The notes: generated from the sequence alone by a model not told the origin. A stretch of DNA of 64,000 nt from Phycisphaerae bacterium (GCA_963666835.2 CAXXGO010000001.1:256001-320000), one strand, 5' to 3'. Positions 32,942 through 43,540 are shown, counted from the first letter of the stretch. A program made the numbers and translations.

Positions 32942-35900
32942 TTACCTGCTCGATTCCGCCGAAAGCTGCGCCCGGAACTCGGCGGCTTTCTCGGGATTCC
33001 CCCAGGCGTCATAGAGTCGAACCAGCAGTTCGATTGCCTTCTGAGTGTGGGTATCGTCGGATCCGTGGGCGGCGATGATGTGCGTGTGCAATTCGTCGGC
33101 GAGCTGCTCGGCTTCCTCGAACTTCTTAAGGTCAATAAGGGTCATCGCTAGCTCATACGACGATGCCAGAGTCAGGTCATCGTTGGGTCCCAGAGACTGT
33201 TGCTGCATGGACAACGTCTCTTCGAGCAGAGACCGGGCCTCATCAAGCCGGCCCAGTTTCCGGTAGGTCGTGCCCAGTTCGTACATCGAGTCGAGCGTAT
33301 AGACGTGTTGTTCCCCCAGCGCCCGGCGGCGGCCGGCGAGGGCCTCGGCGAATAGCGATGCGGCCTTTTCGAGGCGGTTCGCCGAAAAGTGGAGGTCGGC
33401 CAGCGTACTGATGCTGGTGAGGGTGTCCGGATGTTCATCGCCCAGGGTGCGGCGACGGACGTTCGTCACCTCGGTCAGGAGGCGCTCCGCGTCGTCGAAG
33501 CGGCGTTGCTCTGTATAGAGGGCGCCCAAGTTGTTCATGAATACCAAGGCAAGATCGTGCTCATCGCCCAGGGTACGTCGCGCACCCGCGCAAGCGGCAA
33601 CGAACAAGGGCTCCGCCTTGTCGGGTTCGCCCTTGGCTCGATAGAGCTTGCCCAGGCCATTCATGGCGTTCAACGTGGTCTGGTGCTCTTCGCCCAGGGT
33701 TTGTCGGCTGATATCCAGAGCCTGAATGTATAATGACTCGGCCTCGTCGTAGCGCTCCCTATTGCGGTAGAGCACGGCCAGGCTAATCATGGTATTAAGT
33801 GTGCGCCGGTGCGTTTCGCCGAATACGCGGCGGTGGGCCTTGAGGGCTTCGATGTAGAGCGGCTCGGCCTCTTCATACCGGCCCTGCCTCCTGTACAGCA
33901 CGGCCAGGTTGTTGATGATGCTCAGCGTATCGGGGTGGTCCTTACCGAGAACGTTCCGTGCGAGCGGCAGTGCTTCGAGGTTCATCGACTCGGCTTGGTC
34001 ATAGCGCCCCTGCCTTTTGTAGAGAAGGCCCATGGTGATCATGGTGGAGATCGTGGCGGGATTCTCGTCGCCCAGAACTCGGCGCTGAAGTTCAAGACAC
34101 TTCGTGTTGAGCGACTCGGCTTCGTCCAGTCGGCCCTGTGCGGAGTATATGAAAGCGAGGTGCCCCAAGGCCTGCAGGGTCCGCGGGTGTTCTTCCCCAA
34201 GCACCTGCCGGCGAAGTTCAAGGACCCGTACGAAGAGCGGTTCTGCCAGGTCATACCGCGAATTGCGCGCGTGCAAATACGCGAGGCGAGTCATGGCCGT
34301 GAGCGTTTGCGGATGTTCCTCGCCCAGCACCCGGCGGTTCGCTTCCAGAGCCTCCGTACTCCAAGTGACGGCTTTTTCGTATTCTCCGAGGTCGTCAAAC
34401 ATGCCCGCCAGACAGCTCAGAGTGACCAGGGTTGCCGGGTGCTCTTCTCCCAGGACCCGGCGGCGGGATTCCAGGCATGTTGTGAACAGCGGTTCGGCCT
34501 CTTCGAACCGTCCGCGCTCCGCGTAGAAGCTGGCGAGGTTCTGCATGGCCGTGAGGGTCTTGGGGTGGTCGGCTCCCAAGGTGCGCCGCCGGGCATCGAG
34601 CATCTCGATGGCCAGTTCCTCGGCGTCCTCGAATCGGCCTTGATCGCCGTACAGGGTAATGAGAGAGGTCAACATATCCAGAGTCTGCGGGTGGTCCGCG
34701 CCCCAGACTCTGCGATGGGTTTCCAGGCACTTGGTGAGTAAGGCCTCCGCCTCGTCATAGCGTCCTTGAATCTGATACACCACCGCGAGGTTGTTCATCG
34801 CCACAAGCGTTCTGAGGTTCTCTTCACCCAGGACCCGGCGCCGGCCCTCCAGAGTCTTGATATCGAGCTGCTCTGCCTCTTCGATCATGCCCAGTCTGGA
34901 GTACAGCAGTCCGAGATAGCCTGCGGCGTCGAGGGTCTCCGGATGATCTTCGCCTAACTCCGCTTGAATGAGACGCAGCCCCTCCTCCAATAGCGGTCTG
35001 GCCGGCTCGTGTTCGCCCAGATTGGAATAAGTTGCGCCCAAGGTCACGCGGATGGCAGCTTCCACTGCAGGCGCGTCGGGGAATCTCCCGTCAAGAGCTC
35101 CGGCGGCCTCATCCAAGGCCTCGCGAACGGTGACGTCGCGACCGAGGTCATAGGGATCCGCCGCGGCGAGCAGATCCTCATTCAGGAAGTCGACCGTTGC
35201 TCGGGAGATCGCCGCCTGACGCTCGGCTTCGGCGCGTTGGGTCTCGGCAATCCGTCTGGCCTCCCGGGCGAGATCCCGCTCGTGCGCAATACGCACGGCC
35301 TGCACGGAGATTCCGACGACTCCGACCAGCAAGGCTAAGAGCGTTGCCACGACCCCGCCGACCAGAGCTTTGTTTCGCCGAGCGAACTTGCGAAGCTGGT
35401 AAACCGTCGAGGCGCGCCTGGCCGCAATCGGTTCGTCGGCCAGGTATCGCCGGATGTCATCCGCCAGTTCCGAAGCCGACTGGTAACGCCGGTTCTTGTC
35501 TTTTTCGAGAGCCTTAGAGACGATTGTGTCGACATCGCCGCGGTAGATCTTGTCGACGACGGTGAGCGCGGTGGGATCCTGGTCGGTGATTATCCGGGCC
35601 GCCTGAGGAATGGGCACGTGGGTGACATCGTGGGGCAGGCGGTCGGCCAGCAGCTCGTAGCAGATCACACCCAGGGCGTAGATGTCCGTTCGGGTATCGA
35701 TGTTCGCGGAGATGCCGCTGAACTGCTCCGGGCTCATGTAAGGAACGGTTCCGAGCAGTTGCCCGACCTCCGTCTGCATGGTGACGGTTTGCATATCGGC
35801 GTCGGTCGCGCGGGCGACGCCGAAGTCGAGGACCTTGATCCGGCCGTCTTCGGTAACCAGGATGTTGCCGGGCTTAAGGTCGCGATGAACCACGCCTTTG

Positions 35901-36532
35901 AGGTGTGCATGGTGTACCGCGTCGCAGATGTCCGCAATCAAAGCGAACTGTTCGCGGAAGCCCAGCTTTCGATGCTTGACGTAATCGCGGATTCCTTCTC
36001 CTTGAACGTACTCCATCGCGAAATAGGGGCACCGGGCGGTTAATCCATCTTTGGTCCGCATGTCCGCGATGCCGGCATCGTAGATACGAGCGATACCGGG
36101 ATGGTCGAGCTGTCCTAAGATGCTCGCTTCGTGCTCGAAGCGTCGCAGCATTGCCCGGGAGGCCTCTCCGAACCGGACGACCTTGAGGGCGACCTTTCGC
36201 CGGGGGTGCTCCTGTTCTGCCAGGTACACCACCCCCATTCCTCCGTCGCCCAAGGTGCCGAGGATTGAGTACCGTCCGATCCGCTCCGGAACCGGGCTCG
36301 CGTCGGTGCTCTGGAAGACCCTCTCGATTTCAGAGCGCAGGCCGGCGAATTGAGAAGGCGCCTCGAGCAGGTTCTTTGCCTCTCCGGCTTGGTTGAGCAG
36401 AGCCTCTACTTCTTTGCGAATCGCCGGGTCGTTCGGGCAGGCTTGATCGAGATATTCGGATCGCCCGGCCACGTTCAGCTCGCGTGCAGCCAGGAACAGT
36501 TCGCGAACGCGTTCGAAATCCTCGGGGGTCAC
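32942..36532 (-). CDS. Serine/threonine protein kinase with TM and many TPR repeats
   Basis: GDGGMGVVY, VALK, HRDLKPGN, DFG and YMSPE, then ~42-aa LGEEHPxTL TPR repeats. GTG overlaps the sigma factor stop. Confidence 0.95.
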   Translation of the reverse strand: MTPEDFERVRELFLAARELNVAGRSEYLDQACPNDPAIRKEVEALLNQAGEAKNLLEAPSQFAGLRSEIERVFQSTDASPVPERIGRYSILGTLGDGGMGVVYLAEQEHPRRKVALKVVRFGEASRAMLRRFEHEASILGQLDHPGIARIYDAGIADMRTKDGLTARCPYFAMEYVQGEGIRDYVKHRKLGFREQFALIADICDAVHHAHLKGVVHRDLKPGNILVTEDGRIKVLDFGVARATDADMQTVTMQTEVGQLLGTVPYMSPEQFSGISANIDTRTDIYALGVICYELLADRLPHDVTHVPIPQAARIITDQDPTALTVVDKIYRGDVDTIVSKALEKDKNRRYQSASELADDIRRYLADEPIAARRASTVYQLRKFARRNKALVGGVVATLLALLVGVVGISVQAVRIAHERDLAREARRIAETQRAEAERQAAISRATVDFLNEDLLAAADPYDLGRDVTVREALDEAAGALDGRFPDAPAVEAAIRVTLGATYSNLGEHEPARPLLEEGLRLIQAELGEDHPETLDAAGYLGLLYSRLGMIEEAEQLDIKTLEGRRRVLGEENLRTLVAMNNLAVVYQIQGRYDEAEALLTKCLETHRRVWGADHPQTLDMLTSLITLYGDQGRFEDAEELAIEMLDARRRTLGADHPKTLTAMQNLASFYAERGRFEEAEPLFTTCLESRRRVLGEEHPATLVTLSCLAGMFDDLGEYEKAVTWSTEALEANRRVLGEEHPQTLTAMTRLAYLHARNSRYDLAEPLFVRVLELRRQVLGEEHPRTLQALGHLAFIYSAQGRLDEAESLNTKCLELQRRVLGDENPATISTMITMGLLYKRQGRYDQAESMNLEALPLARNVLGKDHPDTLSIINNLAVLYRRQGRYEEAEPLYIEALKAHRRVFGETHRRTLNTMISLAVLYRNRERYDEAESLYIQALDISRQTLGEEHQTTLNAMNGLGKLYRAKGEPDKAEPLFVAACAGARRTLGDEHDLALVFMNNLGALYTEQRRFDDAERLLTEVTNVRRRTLGDEHPDTLTSISTLADLHFSANRLEKAASLFAEALAGRRRALGEQHVYTLDSMYELGTTYRKLGRLDEARSLLEETLSMQQQSLGPNDDLTLASSYELAMTLIDLKKFEEAEQLADELHTHIIAAHGSDDTHTQKAIELLVRLYDAWGNPEKAAEFRAQLSAESSR

Positions 36533-37122
36533 GGTGAGTCGACCTCGCTCAATTCCCGTGACAGCCACGCCCGGGCCGTCTCCCAGTCCCCCTCGACGGT
36601 TCGTTTCGACACATCCAGCACGTGGGCTACCTCAGCCACAGTCAGGCCGCCGAAGAAGCGCAGCTCGACGACCCGGCCCATGCGTTCGCTGAGGTTGGAG
36701 AGTCGGCTCAAGGCCTCATCCAGCACCAGCAGGTCGATATCGTGCCTTGGGGCCGGGGTCAGCTCTTCGTTGAGGGTCAGTTTGTGGCGATCTCCGCCGC
36801 GCTTGGCGGCGCCACGGCGTTCGGCGTGGTTGATCAGGATCTGTCGCATGGCCTTGGCCGCGACGGCGAAGAAGTGAGCTCGGCTCTTCCATTTCTCATC
36901 CGACTGATCTACCAGGCGCAGGTAGGCCTCATGGACCAGCGCAGTGGGCTGGAGTGTGTGGTTGCGAGGCTGGCGTCTGAAGAAACTGTCGGCTACGGCG
37001 TGGAGTTGGTCGTAGACGAGGGGCAGCAGTTTTGCGGCGGCGGAACGGTCTCCACTCTCGAGGTCCGCGAGTATCCGCGTTGTCTCTGCGCGCGGTGACG
37101 ACGCCACGACATGCCCCCTCAA
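36529..37122 (-). CDS. ECF sigma factor, TIGR02999 (kinase-associated) type
   Basis: LLPLVYDQL, TLQPTALVHEAYLRL, AAKRGG and VVELRFFGGLT. Confidence 0.92.
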   Translation of the reverse strand: MRGHVVASSPRAETTRILADLESGDRSAAAKLLPLVYDQLHAVADSFFRRQPRNHTLQPTALVHEAYLRLVDQSDEKWKSRAHFFAVAAKAMRQILINHAERRGAAKRGGDRHKLTLNEELTPAPRHDIDLLVLDEALSRLSNLSERMGRVVELRFFGGLTVAEVAHVLDVSKRTVEGDWETARAWLSRELSEVDSP

Positions 37123-37697
37123 ACAAGACTGGTCACAATCTCATTGTACCGCACTTGCGATCCGAACCCAAGCGCCGACTCGTTTTGTGCGACGGATGGG
37201 CGGGTCTACCTCGCCGTCCGGTAATCTCAGGGTCTTCCCGCTTGTCGACACCGCTGCGGATGATGCCAATCGGGCGCGCAGCAACCTCGTGCACCTGGCC
37301 ATCGAAGACAACAGTGTCAATCGACCGACCATCACCTTCGTGCGGCACCAGTCCCACAGCTTGATGCGTCTGGTCACTGTCTCTCGCGGAAGATGATGGA
37401 GAGCACGTGACTGGCCGTGGAACGGACAGCGCGCCATTGAACGAAATCAGATGGCGATTCACACCATGGCGATACCGCTGCCCATCCGCGCAGCAAACAC
37501 CCGCCCCCTGCAACATCTTGTCCTCCAAGAGACGGATTCCGGGCACCGTGCTCCGCAGATTCAACGCCTATTACTCAACCTCGGCGAAGTAATCCCCGGA
37601 AATTCTACTTCGTATTGCTCCTTGGCTTTAGACTCCTATGCGTGCTCTGGCCTCGTCCCAATAATAGCACATCCGAGAACCTGGGGGTTATGCGGCA

Positions 37698-38195
37698 TCA
37701 GCCGGTCTTGACCATCATGCCGATGTCCTCCTCGAGAGCTTCCAGATCTTCTTCGTGTTCGACCTCGTCCTGGAGGATTTCAAGAGCCATGTTGTAGGTT
37801 ACGGGGTCTGCGTCTTTTGTGATTCCCATCATTTTCTGGTAAACGCTGATGGCGCACTGTTCACCCTTGATATTCTGTTTCAGCAACGCCGTCACGTTGG
37901 GGTCGTCCGGGGCATCATATCCGCAATTCGTCGCCTCATACCACTTCTCCGGTGTGCTGACGGGCGTCCCGCCTAATTGAAGAATACGATTAGCAATCAT
38001 ATCGGCGTGGCGAAGCTCATCCGCAGCATGTTCCAGCAACTCCGCGGTAATCGCCTCTTTCATCGGACCTTTAGCAACTTTTGCCCCGAGCCAGTACTGG
38101 TAGTATGCAAGCCATTCATCTGCAAATGCTCTGTTTAGGAGATTGATCACCTCCTGCACATCCATACCTACGATTGCTCGACCTTTCGTACCCAT
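37698..38195 (-). CDS. Ferritin-like (DPS-like/bacterioferritin-related) protein
   Basis: FADEWLAYYQY, DELRHA, KGEQCAI and DEVEHEED diiron motifs. AGGAGG RBS. Confidence 0.9.
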   Translation of the reverse strand: MGTKGRAIVGMDVQEVINLLNRAFADEWLAYYQYWLGAKVAKGPMKEAITAELLEHAADELRHADMIANRILQLGGTPVSTPEKWYEATNCGYDAPDDPNVTALLKQNIKGEQCAISVYQKMMGITKDADPVTYNMALEILQDEVEHEEDLEALEEDIGMMVKTG

Positions 38196-38343
38196 TTCGT
38201 TTCCTCCTTCTGAATAGCACGACAATTACATGACTAATCCGTAGAGTCCATCACGAGAACTCAGCCTCGACTGCCACTAAGTTGGCATTCTGCCCATGAA
38301 TCCCCCCAAATACCCAGACGAGTGCCGTTTCTCCCGTCCCTTC

Positions 38344-39057
38344 TCAGGATGCAGGGGCAGGCTTCCAGGTTTTCCAAACTTGGCCGACCAAGCCGGGGTC
38401 CGGCTTCAGCGTGGTACACCCTGGGGTCCAACCGGCCGGGGTTGCCTCACCCGTTTCGCGAACACACTTGAACGCTTCCACCTGTCGCAGCAACTCCGCC
38501 ACGCTACGCCCCACCGGTGGAGTCAGAATCTCCATCGCCTGAATAATGCCGTCCGGATCAATCAAGAACCGGCCCCTGATATCAACACCGGCGTTTTCAT
38601 CATAGATACCATAGACCTTACCAATCTGTCCGCCCGGATCGGAGAGCATCGGGAACGGAACCCCGCCGGGGACCATTTTGGATAGCTCTTGTTCTTGCCA
38701 AATCTTGTGTGTGAAACGACTGTCCGTACTGACGGAAAGAACTTGAACGTCGAGCTTCTTGAATTCCTCATGCCTGACGGCAACTGCCGCCAGTTCTGTT
38801 GGTCACACGAATGTGAAATCACCGGGATAGAAGCACAGTATCACCCAATGCCCCTTGTAATCAGATAGTCTGATGTTCTTGAAGACCCCATCGAGATAAG
38901 CCGCCGCCTCGAAGTCCGGCGCAGAGTTGCCCACACGTGCGGTCATTTGAAGCTTCTCCTTGTCCGCTGTTGGCCGACCACCGGAGGCCTCGTCGGTTTC
39001 AGGGCGGCCAAGTACTCCCTTCGCCGACTGCACACACCCTTCCTGTCGTTCACTCAT
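38344..39057 (-). CDS. prxU: Selenocysteine-containing peroxiredoxin (AhpC/Prx1-like), UGA at the peroxidatic position
   Basis: [12 protein letters not shown](38803-38805)-PTELAAV. The frame continues to [10 protein letters not shown]...PAGW, and a hairpin follows the UGA. Confidence 0.9.
38774..38793 (-). promoter_or_regulatory. Putative bacterial SECIS hairpin
   Basis: CTGGCGGC-AGTT-GCCGTCAG begins 9 nt after the UGA, with a G in the apical loop. Confidence 0.75.
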
Positions 39058-39099
39058 AATAACAGCCCTCATACATTGGATTGACCGATCCGTCTATTC

Positions 39100-39285
39100 A
39101 CTATGAACACCGCAGGAACGCAACGAGATCCCGCGTCTGTTGCTTCGCAAGTAGGATCCCGGCGACCAGGCTGAAGAACTCGATGAGGTCTTCCGGCAAC
39201 GCGCTTGTCCGGGATTCCAGTACCCACCGACACGGCAATCGCCACAGCCGGCGACACCATACCGGTACTACATCTGCGTATTGTG
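39100..39285 (-). pseudogene. Possible internally deleted cytochrome c peroxidase-like gene remnant
   Basis: AGGAGG RBS, an ATA-started signal-peptide-like stretch, then (other frame) EDLIEFFSLVAGILLAKQQTRDLVAFLR*. Confidence 0.35.
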
Positions 39286-39864
39286 TTCCTCCTGACTATT
39301 GGCTCCCTTTTCTAGGTGACGGCGTCCTTGTTCTAGCTGTCTTGCCTGGGCTCCACGCTACGTTCGCATGTTTAGTACCCCTGCCGAGCAGAGGCGCCAA
39401 CCGTAAGCACATGGCGCTGGCATGAATTACTGCTACTTCCCCGCACCCATGCCTGACATGCTGTGCATGCTAAAGCTCTCCTGTCATCCCCTAGAAAGGG
39501 GTCGGGAGTCTTTTGTTGCGTGCGGTCTTATCATACGACCACGCAATCTCAGAGTCGGCGTCGATCGCGAGTCTTTCCATGCCGCTTCAGGATCCGGTCG
39601 ATCAAACCCACATATAACCGTTCGGCGCGGTTTCAGCATGAGCACATGCTACTTACAATCGACGGATCGTAGCATAAAGACTCCCGGCCCGTTGTTTGTC
39701 GTCGGATTACCGGGTGCTCATCGATGAGCTCGTCGACGTCAGTAGGGGGAAGGCGGGTGCTGGAGACCGCCCAGTCGTCCAGCACCCCATGTCCTTCGCA
39801 CCACGCTTGCGTTTAAGGGTTACGTTCAGCCATATGCACTACCCACTACCCCGGCGGCGCACGC

Positions 39865-41325
39865 CTACTCCGGCAGTTCGCGCTCGGGAATGCCCAGCGC
39901 ATTCGCCACGCCCTTCCCGTATGCCGGATCGGCCTTCAGGCAATTGCCGACGTGGCGGATCTTCACTTCATCAGGCGCATCGCCCAGGGCCCGGGCGGTG
40001 TTTTCGAATAGCACTTTCTGCTGCGCGGGACTCATCATTTTGAACAGAGCTCGAGGCTGGGAATAGTAATCGTCATCGTCCTCGCGATGGCTCCATTGGG
40101 TGGCGGCGCCCTCCAAGCCCAACGGCGGCTCGCGGAAATCCGGTTGCTCCTGCCACTGACCGTAACTGTTGGGTTCGTAACCGAGCGTACTGCCATGATT
40201 GCCGTCCACCCGCATCGCGCCGTCGCGGTGGTAACTGTGGAACGGACAGCGAGGTTTATTCACCGGGATCAGATGGTGATTCACGCCAAGGCGATACCGC
40301 TGTGCGTCTGCGTATGAGAAAAGACGCCCCTGCAGCATCTTGTCGGGTGAAAAACCTATACCGGGCACCACACTGGCCGGGTTGAACGCAGATTGCTCAA
40401 CCTCCGCGAAGTAGTTCTCGGGGTTCTTGTTCAACTCGAGAACGCCGACGTCGATCAGCGGATAGTCCTTATGCGGCCAGACCTTGGTTAGATCGAACGG
40501 GTTGACCGGATATTTCGCGGCATCTTGCTCCGTCATCACCTGGATCTTCATGTTCCACTTGGGAAAATCGCCGTCCTCGATACTGCCATACAGATCACGT
40601 TGGTTGCTTTCCCGGCATTTTCCGACGATGGCCTCTGCTTCCTGGTCGGTCAGGTTCTTGATCCCTTGCTGCGTCTTTAGGTGGAACTTTACCCAGACTC
40701 GCTCGTTCTTTACGCTAATCAGACTGAACGTATGGCTGCCGTACCCGTTCATATGGCGGTAAGAGAACGGGATCCCGCGGTCACTCATCGTGATCGTGAC
40801 CTGGTGCAGAGCTTCCGGCAGGTTGGTCCAGAAGTCCCAGTTGTTGCGGGCGCTGCGCAGGTTGGTGCGCGGATCTCGCTTCACCGCGTGGTTGAGATCG
40901 GGAAACTTCAGCGGATCGCGCAGGAAGAACACCGGCGTGTTGTTGCCCACCAGATCCCAGTTACCCTCTTCGGTATAGAACTTGATCGCGAAGCCTCGAA
41001 TGTCTCGCTCGGCATCGGCCGCCCCACGCTCACCGGCCACGGTAGAGAAGCGGACGAAGACGTCGGTCTTCTTACCGATCTCGGAGAAGATCTTGGCCTT
41101 GGTGTACTTGGTAATGTCGTGGGTAACCGTGAATGTCCCGTACGCTCCCGAGCCTTTGGCGTGCATCCGCCGCTCGGGGATCACTTCCCTGTCGAAGTGG
41201 GCCAGCTTCTCGAGAAACCAGACATCCTGTAGTAGTTGCGGGCCGCGCGGCCCGGCGGTCATTACGTTCTGGTTGTCGGGGACGGGGGCCCCGGCGTTGT
41301 TAGTGAGCTTCTTTGAGTCACTCAT
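39865..41325 (-). CDS. katA: Monofunctional heme catalase (small subunit)
   Basis: [26 protein letters not shown] and [12 protein letters not shown]. Confidence 0.97.
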   Translation of the reverse strand: MSDSKKLTNNAGAPVPDNQNVMTAGPRGPQLLQDVWFLEKLAHFDREVIPERRMHAKGSGAYGTFTVTHDITKYTKAKIFSEIGKKTDVFVRFSTVAGERGAADAERDIRGFAIKFYTEEGNWDLVGNNTPVFFLRDPLKFPDLNHAVKRDPRTNLRSARNNWDFWTNLPEALHQVTITMSDRGIPFSYRHMNGYGSHTFSLISVKNERVWVKFHLKTQQGIKNLTDQEAEAIVGKCRESNQRDLYGSIEDGDFPKWNMKIQVMTEQDAAKYPVNPFDLTKVWPHKDYPLIDVGVLELNKNPENYFAEVEQSAFNPASVVPGIGFSPDKMLQGRLFSYADAQRYRLGVNHHLIPVNKPRCPFHSYHRDGAMRVDGNHGSTLGYEPNSYGQWQEQPDFREPPLGLEGAATQWSHREDDDDYYSQPRALFKMMSPAQQKVLFENTARALGDAPDEVKIRHVGNCLKADPAYGKGVANALGIPERELPE

Positions 41326-41367
41326 GTCTGTTACTCCTGGGGGTTATCTAAGTTCCTCTGTCCGTCG

Positions 41368-41856
41368 TCAGGCAGGCTGCCCCTCTTGCGGGCGGGCTGT
41401 CCCAAACGACTGGAGCGCCATGTAGCTAAGGCCGAACCTCTTGATGTTGTGCAGTTGCTTGTCAAACTCGTCGAAGTGGCTTTCCTCTTCATTCATCAGG
41501 GGCTCGAATACGTGTTTGGAAGCGGCGTCGGCGTTCGCACTGCATTCCAAGGCGAACTTGTTATATTTCTTCACAGGTCCACGCTCCAGCGCTGCCGCCT
41601 TGGTGAGGATTGCCTCGGGCTCGGTCTCCACTCTACCGGCTGGAACCATCTGAACGTCGCCCTTCAGAAACAGGATTCTCTCCGAAAGTGTTTCAATATG
41701 TGTCATCTCCATAACGGCGATTCGTTTAAACGGGGCGCTGAGCGGCCCGAAGCCCTGATCGTCCAAATGGAAATGCCAGTGCATGTACTGATGCACCGCC
41801 TGCAGTTCATCGGCAACTGCATTATTCAGCAGGTCTACGCTTTTCTGAGCATCCAT
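41368..41856 (-). CDS. bfr: Bacterioferritin
   Basis: ADELQAVHQYM, EMTHIETLSERILFL and EEESHF. Possibly degenerating. Confidence 0.8.
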   Translation of the reverse strand: MDAQKSVDLLNNAVADELQAVHQYMHWHFHLDDQGFGPLSAPFKRIAVMEMTHIETLSERILFLKGDVQMVPAGRVETEPEAILTKAAALERGPVKKYNKFALECSANADAASKHVFEPLMNEEESHFDEFDKQLHNIKRFGLSYMALQSFGTARPQEGQPA

Positions 41857-41969
41857 GATCATCTCCTCTGTGCCGGTCAGGGCTGTTCCACTAACCGGCA
41901 ATCCAACCCGCGCCGGCGAAAGGGTTACCGTGACCATCTTGCCGGATTGAGGTGTTCATACTCCATCTC

Positions 41970-42515
41970 TCATGGTTTTCGCCTCCTGTCCTCGGATAAA
42001 CGCACCCTACTCGTGCCCGTCTTGGAGACTTTGCGTTTCGCACTCTTGGTTCGTCCTTGGCCAGTGCTTCGCTTCAGCTTCCGCAGGCAGTCGGGACACG
42101 TCCCGCGAAAGTGGATGTGGTACTCATCGATATCGAAACCCGCCGTATCGATAACGGGTAGCGCGAGGTCATTCAGCTTAGCATTCTCGAGATCAAGGAT
42201 CTTGTCGCAGTGTAAGCAAACGAGGTGGTGATGTTGGTGGACCTTGGCGTCAAACCGGGCAGCCGCGCCGGGATGGCAGATCCGGTTGATGACCCCCACG
42301 CGAAACAGCGTATCGAGCACGCGGTATACGGTCGTCCGCGACACCCCCGCCAATCGACCCCGGACGGCGTTGAATATCTGTTCTGCCGTCGGATGGTCCT
42401 CGCGGGCGAGGACGGCCTCCAGGATGGTCCGCCGTTGGACGGTCAACGGGAGGCCTTGCCGGCGGCAAAGCTCCTCGAACTCCCGGACTCGATCTCGCCT
42501 GGCTTTGGAATGCAT
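41970..42515 (-). CDS. Fur-family repressor, PerR-like
   Basis: TVQRRTIL, DHPTAE, TTVYRVL and HHHLVCLHC...GTCPDC. It heads the bfr-katA run. Confidence 0.9.
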   Translation of the reverse strand: MHSKARRDRVREFEELCRRQGLPLTVQRRTILEAVLAREDHPTAEQIFNAVRGRLAGVSRTTVYRVLDTLFRVGVINRICHPGAAARFDAKVHQHHHLVCLHCDKILDLENAKLNDLALPVIDTAGFDIDEYHIHFRGTCPDCLRKLKRSTGQGRTKSAKRKVSKTGTSRVRLSEDRRRKP

Positions 42516-42529
42516 ACGAGCACCGGACG

Positions 42530-42560
42530 GTAACTATTACCATTCGGCAGGGCTTGTCAA
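42530..42560 (-). promoter_or_regulatory. Putative promoter/operator of the Fur-family gene
   Basis: TTGACA (42555-42560) followed by the palindrome GTAA-TAG-TTAC (42530-42540) over the -10 region. Confidence 0.45.
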
Positions 42561-43126
42561 CCATGCGGACGCTGTTCTTTTCCGATCGTCGCTGGTCTTG
42601 CCCGGACTCCGCGCTACGTGCGCGTGCGTAGTACCCCCGTTAGGTGGAAGCGCCAACCGCGCCCGCAGCGTCTTCGCGACAATCACTGCTATTTTGGTAC
42701 GCGAGCGCCGGGCGTGCTGTGTGCGCTGAGGTTTTCTTGTTAGACGTGAATGCGGGCTCGAAAAGACCGGGGGTGCTTTTCGGGCGAGGTCTGATCATTC
42801 GACCATGCGACCTCGGAGTGGGGGTTCCTCGGAATTCGTTTCACGCCGGTGCAGGATCCGCGCAATTGGGCCCACTTGCCGTTGTTCGACGCGGTCGCGG
42901 CAGAAGTACGTAGTGCTGCAGTACGGGGACTATCTCATGGAGAATCCTCTTCCCTTCAAAACGCGGGTGCGGATTGGAATAGACAATCGCGGTCGACCGG
43001 GGGTAGACTTGTCTAAGCTGCTCGGCGTAAGCGCGTGGGGCGGTGTGGTGCTTCCTGCGATGCGCGGCTCGACATGTTCCGGATTGCGAGGAGGCGTGTG
43101 GATCCAGAGCCCGGGAGGACGGCGCT

Positions 43127-43474
43127 ATGAGTATGTACTTCTACCGTTTGCAGAGCCCGACAGGTTCCATAGACACCGCCCAGGCGGAGGGGACCGGGCG
43201 GCGGGCCCAGAGCAGCGCAAAGGAACTCGAAGTGCGGCTTGACCGAGCTCTTTTGGCCTGCGAGGCGATGTGGACCATCATGCGCGAGAAGCTCGACGTA
43301 ACCGACGTCGAACTCGTTGAGCGGATAAACGACATCGACCTGTCCGACGGGGTCCTGGACGGGAAGGTCCGCAAGTCGGCGGCTTCCTGCCCTTCCTGCA
43401 AGCGGACGATCAGCACGCGGCTGCCGCGATGCATTTACTGCAGCCAACCGATCGTGCAAGATCCCTTCGCGTAA
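43127..43474 (+). CDS. Hypothetical protein with C-terminal zinc ribbon
   Basis: GGAGG RBS, LACEAMWTIMREKL...DIDLSDGVLDGK and CPSC...CIYC. Confidence 0.75.
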   Translation: MSMYFYRLQSPTGSIDTAQAEGTGRRAQSSAKELEVRLDRALLACEAMWTIMREKLDVTDVELVERINDIDLSDGVLDGKVRKSAASCPSCKRTISTRLPRCIYCSQPIVQDPFA

Positions 43475-43540
43475 CCAGAGACGTTGGGTGCGTATCGCGC
43501 ACGACGTGGTTTGCCACGACGGCGCGCATCGCGCAAGCGC

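Noticed and set aside
37133..37600. Possible WD40 gene remnant (IKLWD)
   Set aside because: A single short motif across broken frames is insufficient support.
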